This document shows positions 34,501 to 45,700 of a stretch of 64,000 nucleotides of DNA, piece after piece. How positions within the stretch are numbered: position 1 is the first letter of the stretch; each line of letters starts with the position of its first letter. A program made the translations under genes and the position numbers. The notes below the pieces were generated by a model that worked only from the letters and a program-made list of their open reading frames with translations, searched no databases and was not told the origin of the DNA. Source of the stretch: Mantamonas sphyraenae STR306 (Eukaryota; Protista; CRuMs); the NCBI GenBank assembly GCA_026936335.1, contig JAPMXV010000019.1:214373-278372 (forward strand), given 5' to 3'.

Positions 34501-37500
34501 CGTCAGCTCGCCAGTCGACACGGTCGTGTTGCCACCCGTGCGCACCATCAGAGTGTACGATCCACTCACGGTGGCATTGAACGCAAGCACGTATGGGTGA
34601 TTGCTGGTGATCGTCACATTGACACGCACGTCCTCGCGTTGAAGCCATGCCTCCACGGCCAGTGCGTCTGTGACATTGTTGCCATACACATCCTGCACTT
34701 CCAACTCCCACGTGCCATTGGTCCCTGCTTGCACAGTCTGCGCAACTGGCGACACAGCGGCACGCGCAACCACGTTGTGCGTCACCTGCAACGCAAAGGG
34801 CGATCCCGACACATGCGACGCCCCCAGACGCACACCGACTGCGTATGCGCCTGCCAACGTCACGTTGAGCGCTCCCGCATACACACTACCAGACACGGCC
34901 ACAAAGTGCATGGCCAGGTCGCCGCTGAGCAATCCCAGATCCACGCCCGCACTGCGGTTGTTGCCAAACGCATCCTGCACAAGCACAACTGCCGAAGTGG
35001 GTGTACCAGCTGCAATACTGGCAGCAGGGGTCGAAACAAGCCTGGAGACATCCGCATTGGCTGGTGCGGCGGTCACGGCGACCAAAAACGGCGATCCCGG
35101 CACGTGAACACCACCAATACGCACTGGCAGGTCATACGTGCCGACCACTGTGAGGTTGTAACGCACATGCGACAACCCAGACCCCAGTGCGGTCACCGTT
35201 CCGTTGATACCGACAGTCAACACGCCACCCGTTGTCACATTGTTTCCAAACGCGTCTCGCTGCTGCACGGTGTACGCTCCACCAGCACCAGCCACCATAT
35301 CCTGCACACCAGCCACCACTGCGTTGCCCACGGCCTCGATTGCCGGAGCAACAGCCACGGAAAATGGCGATCCAGGCGTGTGGACACCTCCAATCTGTAC
35401 AGGGAGCGCATACACTCCGCTCACCGTCACGTTGTACCTCACACGAGACAGTCCGTCTCCAAGTGCTTCTACCACACCATCCAATCCCACCGTGAGCGCT
35501 TCACCAGTGGTCACGTTGTTTCCAAACGCATCCCTGCGCTGAACTGTAAACGAGCCACCGTCGCCGGCAACCACATCCTGCACGCCCGCAACCACCGCAT
35601 TGCTCACAGAGTCACTATCAGGTGACACTGCGACAGAGAAGGGGGATCCAGGCACATGCACTCCTCCAATCTGTACAGGGAGCGCATACACTCCGCTCAC
35701 GGTCAGGTTGTACCGCACCTGTGACAAGCCTCCACCCAGCGCGGCCACCACACCACCCAAACCCACAGTCAGCACGCCACCCGATGTCACATTGTTTCCA
35801 AACGCGTCTCGCTGCTGCACGGTGTACGCTCCACCAGCACCAGCAACCACATCCTGCACACCCGCCACCACCGCATTGCTCACAGAGTCACTATCAGGTG
35901 ACACTGTGACAGAGAATGGGGATCCAGGCACATGCACTCCTCCAATCTGTACAGGGAGCGCATACACTCCGCTCACGGTCAGGTTGTACCGCACCTGCGA
36001 CAAGCCTCCACCCAGCGCTTCCACCTCACCACCCAGCCCCACAGTCAACACACCACCCGATGTCACGTTGTTCCCAAACGCATCTCTGCGCTGCACGGTA
36101 AACACGCCACCGGCACCAGCAACCACATCCTGCACACCAACCGCCACCGTGTTTCCCACATCCTCCACTGCCGTCGCCACATTCACCGTAAAAGGAGAAC
36201 CAAGCACGTGCACTCCGCCAATCTGTACAGGGAGCGCATACACTCCGCTCACGGTCAGGTTGTACCGCACCTGCGACAGCCCTCCACCCAGCGCTTCCAC
36301 CACTCCACCCAAACCCACAACCAGCATGCCACCCGTTGTCACATTGTTCCCAAATGCATCTCTGCGCTGCACGGTAAACACGCCACCGGCACCAGCAACC
36401 ACATCCTGCACACCAACCACCATCGCGTTGTTCACATCCTCCACTGCCGATGCCACATTCACCGTAAAAGGAGATCCAAGCACGTGCACTCCGCCAATCT
36501 GTACAGGGAGCGCATACACTCCGCTCACGGTCAGGTTGTACCGCACCTGCGACAAGCCTCCACCCAGCGCTTCCACCACACCACCCAGCCCCACAGTCAA
36601 CACACCACCCGATGTCACATTGTTCCCATACGTATCTCTCTGTTGCACTGTAAACACGCCACCGTCGCCAGCAACCACATCCTGCACACCCGCCACCACC
36701 GCATTGTTCACATCCTCCGGAGCCGTCGCCACAGAAACGCCAAAGGGCGACCCAGGAACACCCGTACCCCCAATATCTACACTCAAAGTGTACGTACCAC
36801 TCACGGTGGCGTTGTAGCTGACATCAAACAACCCGGGCCATGCGCCAGCCACGATGCCGAGGGGCACGCCCGCCCCGACGCCGGCCCCCTGCATGCTCAT
36901 GCTCAATCCCACACTTGAATCCGTGAGATTGTTGCCATACGCATCCATCGTGCGCAGATGAAACACAGCACCCGCACCTGCCACGGCAGAGCTCAATCCG
37001 CCACCGCTCGAGATCGTGCGTGCTGCTTTCACCACGCCAGGCAGCAAACTGAGAGACTGTGCACCCCCAACATCATTCCCATCCACGCGCACCTGCAAAG
37101 AATACCCACCGGCACGTGTGGCATTAAACTGGCCTTGCTCCAGCCCTTGCGCAGCGTCCAACACGACAAATGCCACAGGCACTGCCTCTCCACTGCCGCC
37201 GTGTACCAGCGACGCTGTAAACACCGCGTCTGCGTGAGTCAAGTTTGCGCCATTGCCATTGCGAGCCTGAACGGTGAATGTCCGCAGCACTCCGTCTGCG
37301 CGACCAATCGACCCCGAAGCCCCCACAACGGCACACGCAGACGGCGTGGCCACGTTGACGTCGACCTCACACCCCGTGCCCGTTGTCTTGTTGCCTGCAT
37401 CACATGCTGTGCATGTCGACGCCCCTGCGGCTGATGAAAACGTGTTTCCTGGACACGAGAAGCATTGGTCTGCGCTTGTTGCCTCGCTGACATTGCCAAA

Positions 37501-38870
37501 CTTGCCGGCTGCACACAGTGTGCATGCTGTCACTGCGCCACTGGAACTCCATGAGCCAGCTGCACACGGTTCACACAGATACCCACTGCTTCCTGCGCGA
37601 CACTGGGCCTTGACCACGCTCACGTACGCGTTCTTGGTACCATTGTTTGTCTGCCCGGCAAATGCTCCATCCGTCTTGCCACCCACAGCCACACGCGTGT
37701 CGCTGGAACAGCTCATGTCCAGCACCGTTTCTGCAGACGCCGTTCCCCATTGGCGCACATTCACAGTGCTGCCTTGTGTGCTGAGCTCGGCCAAAAAGAC
37801 ATCGGCTCCCCCGTTGTTTGCAAACGGCGCAAACGATCCAGTCGTCGTGCCTGCCACCAGCAATCCATCTGCCACAGTGCACACTGTGTATGCCACGTCT
37901 GTGGAAGACGAGCCCACCAGACGGGTCCAGCTCTTGACGCCGGCGGTGCTGTACACAGCCACAAACGCTGTGGTGCCGCCTGGGTTTGTCTCTCCGTCCA
38001 TGTCACCGTTTGTGGCACCCACCACAAACACTTGGGTGCCATTCACGTGCACTCCATACGCCATGTTGCTGGTACCAGCGCCCCATGTTCGTGTCCACGC
38101 CTGCGTGCCCGTGGAGCTGTACTTCATCAGCGCCGCCTCGGTGTCCCCGGACAGCAATGCTGTCGTGTATCCAGCCACATACACGTTGTTGTCCGAGTCT
38201 ACTGCCACGCCCATGCCGTGGTCTGCCCACAGACCACCCCATTGCCTGAACCAGGTTCGGGCTCCCGTTCCACCGTTGATGCGTGCCACAAACATGTCCG
38301 TGCTCCCAGAGTTGCTCTGGCTGTCCACAACGGTTGATGACGAACCGCACACATACAAATCCCCGTTGGGGAGGACCGCCAGACCTCTGGGTGTGATCCC
38401 ACTGCCTGTGTGCCACGAGCCACGCCACGAGTTTGCAAACGCTTCGGACACCTTCCCGACCTCTGCGTTGGATCCACTCTTTCCACTTGTTGCGAATCGG
38501 GAGTCGGAACCACTCCACGCCATCCTTTCGTGTCGATAATCTGCCGTGTGGCTTCTGGCTACGCTTCCATTTGCAGCCACCTCCAGGAACATGCTGCTTG
38601 CTGACGAAATCTGCACCGCCGCGTGCAATACCCCATCTCCAGAGAATGCTACCGCGTCTGCCTGTGTACCTGTGTACTGCCGAGTCCATTCGACGTGTGC
38701 TGCAGTGTTTGCCACCGCGCATGTCATTGCGAGCACCACAACAGCCTGGCAAACACGGTGTCAGCACACGCCCCTTTTTTCGCAACACGCACGCAGGAAC
38801 CTTCTCGACCCGCGACGTTCTTGTCAGCGCAATCGGCCTCGTTTACCCTTACCATGAGCCTATGCCTCAT
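28557..38870 (-). CDS. Giant receptor/adhesin-like membrane protein (~3,400 aa): beta-propeller, Cys-rich repeats, filamin-type Ig repeats, IPT/TIG repeats, multi-TM C-terminal domain; exon 1 38853-38870, intron 38746-38852, frame break ~31307
   Basis: Spliced signal peptide MRHRLM|AVVVLAMTCAVA. SBBP-like blades (GVAVDSDNNVYVAGYT), CxxCxAG motifs, filamin-like GVHVPGSPFxV repeats and IPT-like PxSGPxxGGTxVTxxGxGF repeats follow. The TM domain has LQVMGTF...NWP, YYEGFVLLRK and RPY. Removing one base from a 6-nt run joins the two ORFs. Confidence 0.85.
35090..36730 (-). repeat. Tandem array of ~6 near-identical 276-bp (92-aa) filamin-like repeats inside the giant receptor gene
   Basis: ctgtacagggagcgcatacactccgctcac recurs at ~35395, 35671, 35947, 36223 and 36499, a period of 276. 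Confidence 0.93.
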
Positions 38871-39707
38871 GCGCACATCCCTTTTGACCATGTATGCGTG
38901 TGCTACTTGTTGCTATTTGTGTTGGTTCCGATTGTACTGCGGCTGGGAAAGCGGTGTTGTTTTTCGGGCAGTTTCAACAAACGCAACGAACCATGTCCAA
39001 GGATCTCGTTCGCCTTGAGAGCCATTCCACAGGGTCACATGATCATCGTTGAAGCATACTCGTTGAACTCGGAGGGACTCTTGCTTCACACACATGGCGT
39101 GGGGCCCCATATGCAATTTGCGTCTGGAAGCGCCACGCCAGCCAAGCCAAAAAACACGCCAAACTCGTTCTCCCTCCCAACGACATCGTGGTGAGTTGAC
39201 AATTTCTCCTGACCACTGAATCACACGCGTGCATGTATCTACAGTGTCGATTTGCTATGGGCGCGCAGCAGTTTCCTATCGTCGACCGGCCACGGGTCGG
39301 AACGCGACGAATTGAAAAGGGAGGCGTGGAAAAAAAGGGACCTTCCCTTCCTTTGCCGCACAGCCTGCCCCCCCGCCACATACATCACCTGTGCGAGAAC
39401 GCATGCATGGCCAACGCGACGGCAATCTTCGCTGGATGGGAGATGTGCGGTTCTGCGCAAACCTGACCTGCGCGGCGATGAAGACGACACGCTCGGTGCA
39501 AAGCATTTTCAAGTGCTTCTGGACCTTTGCTTTCGCTCGGAGTTGCGTGCGGTGTTGCGGCGCAGATGTCATAGCACACTCGCCTACGCAGATCGCCACA
39601 GCCCTAGACCGAGCTGATGACCCTGACCCGGGTGCAACGTGTCATGGAGCGGTGGCCTTGGGCGTCATGTCTTTCTCCGCTGCTTGCTCACACCTTCCCG
39701 CACAGCC

Positions 39708-42700
39708 ATGAAACGACGCAACTCTGTGTCAAGCACACGCACAGACCCGATGGAAAGCGCACAGCGCGCCGAAGCCGGCAAGCACATGGATGTGACTCTC
39801 TCATCTGTGGGCGGCTCGCTCGTGACACGCATGGGCTCCTTCCTTGCGGCCGCCAAGCTCACGATTTTCCAAGTGGTCTTTCTCCTCATGAAAGAGGACC
39901 AACTCAGCTCCCAGGTGCTTCTGTACCTCTCTTCCGTGGTCGAACACCTGCAGTTCTTTCTGTTTTTCCTGTCGCCGCTGGTCATCCCGCCAACGATGCA
40001 GCGCACAGTCACCTATGGCCTGGTGTACCAGATTACACTGGCCTTTAACGTCAACTCGGTGGTCAACACGGCCGCCAACCAGTGGTTTGTGTTCTGGGTG
40101 GCCAGCCTCAGCGTGCTGCTCACCGCGGGCCTGTTGATCTTCCTGGTCATCGCCGTTCACCGGGAATCCTACATCTTCCTGTGGCCGCTCAAGGTGCTGC
40201 GTCTGCTGGTTAGCCTGCTTTCCAGTGTCCTTTACCTTCCGTTTGTGCGCACGCTGCTGCAGGCCCTCGTGGCATCCGACGCATCGCCAGGCACGACGTT
40301 TGTGGCCCTGCTCTGCGTCGCCACGCTCTTTGCTGTGGCCATCACCAGCAAGTTGGTGTACTTTGACACGTCCATCACGAGTGACGTGGCCACTGCGCGC
40401 AGCCACGGGCGTGTCGAGGCAGCCTGGGTGCTCACCCGATCCGTGCTGGTGGCGCTTTTCGCGTTCGCCGCCTTGCTGCCATTGGACGTCGGCTCGCTGC
40501 GCATCACCCTTTGCCTCGGCCTTCTTGTATTATCGGTCACCATGCTGGGTCTGCGTGCCTTTTACGTGCCGTTCTACTGGCTTTCGACAAACAAGCTTGC
40601 GGTCGGCCTCGTCTCGATGCTTGTGTGGAACAGTGCCGTTTGCATCGGCGCCCAGTGGGCGCCCACCATGTCCTTTGGCATGCTGGCATTGCTCATGCTC
40701 GTCGGTTCGCTGGCCACAGGCCTGCTTGCAGGCATTGGCATGCACAAGTGGTTCTCCTGGTACTTTATGGACGCCTTGCGCACACCTGTGCCCCAGATGA
40801 TGTGGCTGGACGGCCCCTTGGCCATGGTTGTGCAGCATACGCACAAGCAAAAGCCACAGAAGCGCCTGGCCGACTACGCCAACTCGTTTGCCCATCCGCA
40901 AGACGATGCCACGGATGCAGATCTGCCCGAGGATTCGGCCAGTGCGCTGGGGCTCTCGCAGCTGGAGCTGAACGAAACAGGCCACCACCGCCAACAACAG
41001 ACACAGCACGACAAGAACGGACCCGCTGCAGAGACGCTCAGCTCGCAGGCGTTTGCCAAGCTCGACATTCAGGCAGGCCGCCCTGGCTCACACTGCATCT
41101 ACATCAACGGCTGTCCGCTGAAACTGCGTTCGGTGTTCCATGTCGAAGTGTTTGCACGCATTCTCATGCACGACTCGTCGTGGCATGTGACCCACAACGT
41201 GTCCTCGTTCTACGCCGCCACGCTCAAGCTCTACCCACGCAACGCTCTGGTCCTCCTCGCGTATGCTCGCTTTCTGGACTCGCAACACAACCCAAAGGCG
41301 CAGCAGGAGGCCATGGGTGTGTACGAGAAGCTGGAAAAGGTGGCCAGCGGCACGTTTGACGTGGGCTTCTTCTGCTTTGCGGCGCTGCGCATCCGCAAGC
41401 GCGTGTCCATTGCCATGGCACTGCAATCGAACGAAGACGACGCACGGGACATCGGTGTCGTGGCCCATCTGGAGCTGCAGCAGAACCTGAGCCGAGCACG
41501 CACGTTTCACTTTCGCACGCTGCGCCAGCTGCATGCCTTTTGGCAGATGCTGCTGCTGGACGAGGTCAACTTGGCCGATCTGCAGGCATGCATGCACCGC
41601 ATTGTGTCTGCACAGCGCTCGACCACGCAGTCGTTTGCCTCGCTGCTGCAGCAGTATCCAAAGGCGCCGCGAATCTTGCGCGCATACGCACGCTTCTTGA
41701 GCGAGATCCGTTCGGATGTGGCCACAGCGCAACGCTTCGTGCGCATGGCTGAAGAGTGTGAACAGGCGCAGCAAGCTCAAATGCGCACGAACCAGGGGAT
41801 CAAGGGCGAAGGATACTCGGAAACGCGCAGGCGGACGGCCGTTTCACTTGCCTCGACTCTCTCGGGCGCCATCCGCGCAGGACGCAATGTGGGACTGCTG
41901 GGACTCAGCGAAGACGATATCATTGGCATGCACATGCGCGACATTGTGCCAAACTGTGCGCTGCTGGAAAGCTCGACAGGAATGGCCGCCATCTGCGCCA
42001 TGGGCCCACAGCGCGTCATGGTCATGGACGACCGTGGGCGTGCCATGCTTCTCGATCTTGCTGCTCATCAGCTGCATGTGTCGTCGGTGTTTGCGCGGGC
42101 TAGTGCTGCCGCCGCGAGAGAGCAACTCTACACCGTGCGGCTGGCCATCAGCGAAATCTGGCGCGAGCCGCTGCTGTTTGTCACGCGTCCAAGGGATGCG
42201 TATGCAGATGGTGACAACGGAGAATCCGTGGATGACGACGACGCACGTTCAGAGGTGGCCAGCGTGCTGGGAGTGGACCAGCATAGCAGCCACACTGCCA
42301 CCATCGTCGGCGTGAGCAAGTCGCTCAGCTCGACCCTGCGTCTAAAGCCCGAGTTTTTGATCAACACTGCATTGAAAGACACAGTCAGTGACTTGGTGGG
42401 CTCGAGCCGTTGGTCGTTGACGCTGCGTTCGCGGTCGCGCCCCGTGGACGACAACGAGGTGGCTGTGCGTGTTCGCTCGCGCACAGGCTTCTTCACAGCG
42501 CGAGCTCACCTGGAAACGCTCGACTTGCAGAATCTGCTGTTGGTGCGCTTCAGCAAGATGGAGAGCGTGGTCGCTAGCTCGCCAGCGCCAACGCGATCTG
42601 CGGCCAGACGGCTGAGCACCATTGTCGAGTCTGGCAAGCGTTCCGGACTGACGTTCAACACAACGGTGGATGTGATGGGTGGTGCAGAACCGGCGGAGGG

Positions 42701-45700
42701 CGAGCGGCGACGTTCGTCGTCCAGCACACGACACAGCGATGGCGGATCGGGCGTGTCCACCCCCGGTGGTCTCGGTACCACCGGGCAGAGTGTGAGTTCG
42801 GATGTCGAGGAGACTACAGCTGGGCCACTGAACGCTACGAGCTCTTCCAGGGCGAGTTCTGTGGCGCCTTCGCTTCGAGCAAGCCCTGTGCATCTGAGCT
42901 CGGCCACCCTCGCTCTGCAGGAGGAGGATGGAAACAGCGTCCATGCAGATTCAAGCGGCTCTGACCAGGATCTGGTAATCGATGGTGAGTCCAAGGGCCA
43001 TTCGAGTGCATCCCACACCACGGGCGACTCGTCGCGCGCCTCGAGCGTCAAGCGCCGAATCAAGGCCATGCGACACAGCATGAACGACCAATCGTCAGAG
43101 AAGAACACGTCCGGTTCGGTGCAAGAGCTGCGTCGTGTCGTGTACCTTGTTCTGGTGCTGCTGTTTGCCAGCGTGATCAGCAACTACGTGTCGCAGGTTT
43201 CGTTTCTGGAGGAAAGCCAGGTCAAGGTGCAGCACCAGATCGAACTCGGCGAACTGCCTGTGCTTGTGGCCGAGGCTGGCTACGAGGCCGAGTTTATGGA
43301 CGTGCAATTGCGCGAACTGCGCATTGCTTCGCTTGCAGCGCAATTAGCGTCGCTGAACGGCACCGCAAGCAACAACACGCAGGTGCAAAGCCTGACGGCA
43401 CACCTTGACACCCTCCTCCCGCCGGGTTTGGATGCACAGTCTTTCCACACGGAGCTTGCATACCTGTTGGCGCGCGTGGATGCATCCAAGAGCCGGACGG
43501 TGCTGACGGAAATCGGCAGCAGCCTGGGCCGCATCCACGGCAAGGTGTTTTCTGACGAAGGGTCGCTCAGTGCAGCTGACCACGCACAGGTGCTGGCCAT
43601 TTCTGAGCCTGTGCACCTTCTGCTGGAGTCGACCAGCCAGCAGGTGACGCAGACAATGTCTGTGCGCGACATCGGCTTTGAGTTTGTCAGCAGCATCCGA
43701 TCAACCACCCAGCTGAACCTAACCACGCTGGATCAGACGGGAGTCGATCTGCTCGAATCCATCCCAGCCAGCTATTTCGTGATGGCAAACTCATTTGTGA
43801 CCGCCGTGCGAGCGATGAGTCGTGCGGCAAATGTGGTGCAGAGCAGCTTCCAGGTGGCGTCGCAAGAGGCATCCGTGATTGGTCTGACCACGTTTCTGGT
43901 GGCCATGGGCATGATTTGGTGTCTGATGTGGCTCACGTTCCGCCCTGTGGTCAACCACATCTCCATGGAGAACCATTTTACACTGGAGACTTTTCTGGAC
44001 ATTCCGCGACGCCATGCGGTGGGCATGGTCAACCGCTACAAACGCCTGATGCTTGCCATGGACGAGGAGACACAGTCGCCGGGCAATCTTGCCGTTGGAC
44101 AGCGTGAACCAGGGCAGGCTGGATCGGAAGACGGAAGCGACGACGATCGCTCGGTGGGCTTTTCGGAACACAGCTGGCGCTCGGAAGACACAGGGGAGAT
44201 GAGCAGCCGTGCCAGCGATCTGCGTGGTGTAGGGGAGAGCAACGTGGGCGCAGCAGCTGGTGTTGTCGACATGGCAGATGGAAGTGGCAACAGAAAGCGC
44301 AAGAAACGGCGCAAGGACGGACGCAGCGTGCGAGGACGAGGCGAAACAGGCATGGCAAAGGTGCACATGCGCTACATTGTTGCCTTTGTGGTGTATGCCG
44401 TGATTGCGCTTGCGTCGTTTGTGTCGACGCAGACCACAAACGAAGAGCAACACTTTCTGCACCAGCGCATCGTGGACGTGGCCGACGTGCAGGTGACGGT
44501 GGCCCAAATCCCGCATTACCTGGCACGCTTGACAACCAGCACGTCGTGGACGGTGTACAACGAGACGCGAGCTGGGCTGATCAACGCCGAAGCGGCGTTG
44601 AGCACACAATGGCGGAGTATGATGCAAGCTGGAGACGCACACGGGCGATCAGATGCGCAGAACAAGCTGCTGTTTTCAGAGAACCTGTGCAGCACGCTGT
44701 CGTGCAGCACGGAGGAGGAGCGCAAGATGGGCGCCGCCGGTGTGCACAGCCTCATGCAGCGGTACATGCGACTTGTGCAGAGCATTCGCAACGTGCCCGA
44801 GGGCACACGGGTGACGTTTGAGACGGCAGGAGTGGTGGAGCTGGTCAAGGCGTACCGCACACTGGTGGTTCCGGCGCTGGACCGCACCATGTCGCTGCTG
44901 TCGACAGAGGTGCGCCAGCTGATGGAGACGGAACACAGCGTATCGATTTCTTTGCTGCTGGCGGGCATTGTGGTCATTGTGTTGGATTTGCTGCTGATCT
45001 TTTCGCCAATGATGTCTGTGCTCAACTCGCAGGCCCAGCACGTGGAACACATGTTCCTGATGATCCCGCTGGAGACGCTGATGGAACTGCCGCACGTCAT
45101 GCGCCTGCTGGGACTGGACAGCAGCGCGAGCGCCAAGGCAGAGGACGCAAGCATGCAGGAAAAGGCGGTGCCACTGGAGAGGATGAAAGGCGGCATGCCC
45201 AAAGCCTCCGTGGACATGTGGGTGGAGGAGCAGGTGATTTCTGGTGCAGATATGCTCAGGGAAGAACCTGAGGAGGTTCTGGAAGAAGCGCCGTCGGGCA
45301 TGAGCTCTGTGGATGCCGATCTGGAGAGCCAAATCAGCGTGCCGGAGCCCAGGTCGGTCCCTGCGGTTCGTTCGTGGCTACAGTTTGTCCAGGAGCTGGA
45401 CGGTCTTTTGGCCGAGCATCCAAAGCGAGTGGCGGGCATGGTGCTTCTTGTGAACCTGCTGTGGTGGGTGCCGGTGATGGCCACGGAAGGAGAGCGCATC
45501 ATCGGCTCGCTGCAGGGTGTGCAGGAGCTCGTGCCTGTGGTGACACTGCTGCTCACGGCGTCTTTGGGGTCGATGAATGTGCTTGGCGTGATGCCCATCA
45601 TGTTTGTGGTGATGGTGCTTGTGCAAGGTGCGTCGCTGGAGTATATCCGCGACTTTCACCTGTTGCTGCAGACGGTGATGCTGCCTGCGTGCTCGTTGTA

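Noticed and set aside
35090-36730. Regular repeats as a possible CRISPR array
   Set aside because: They are in-frame 276-bp coding repeats with no unique spacers, in a eukaryotic context with no cas genes.
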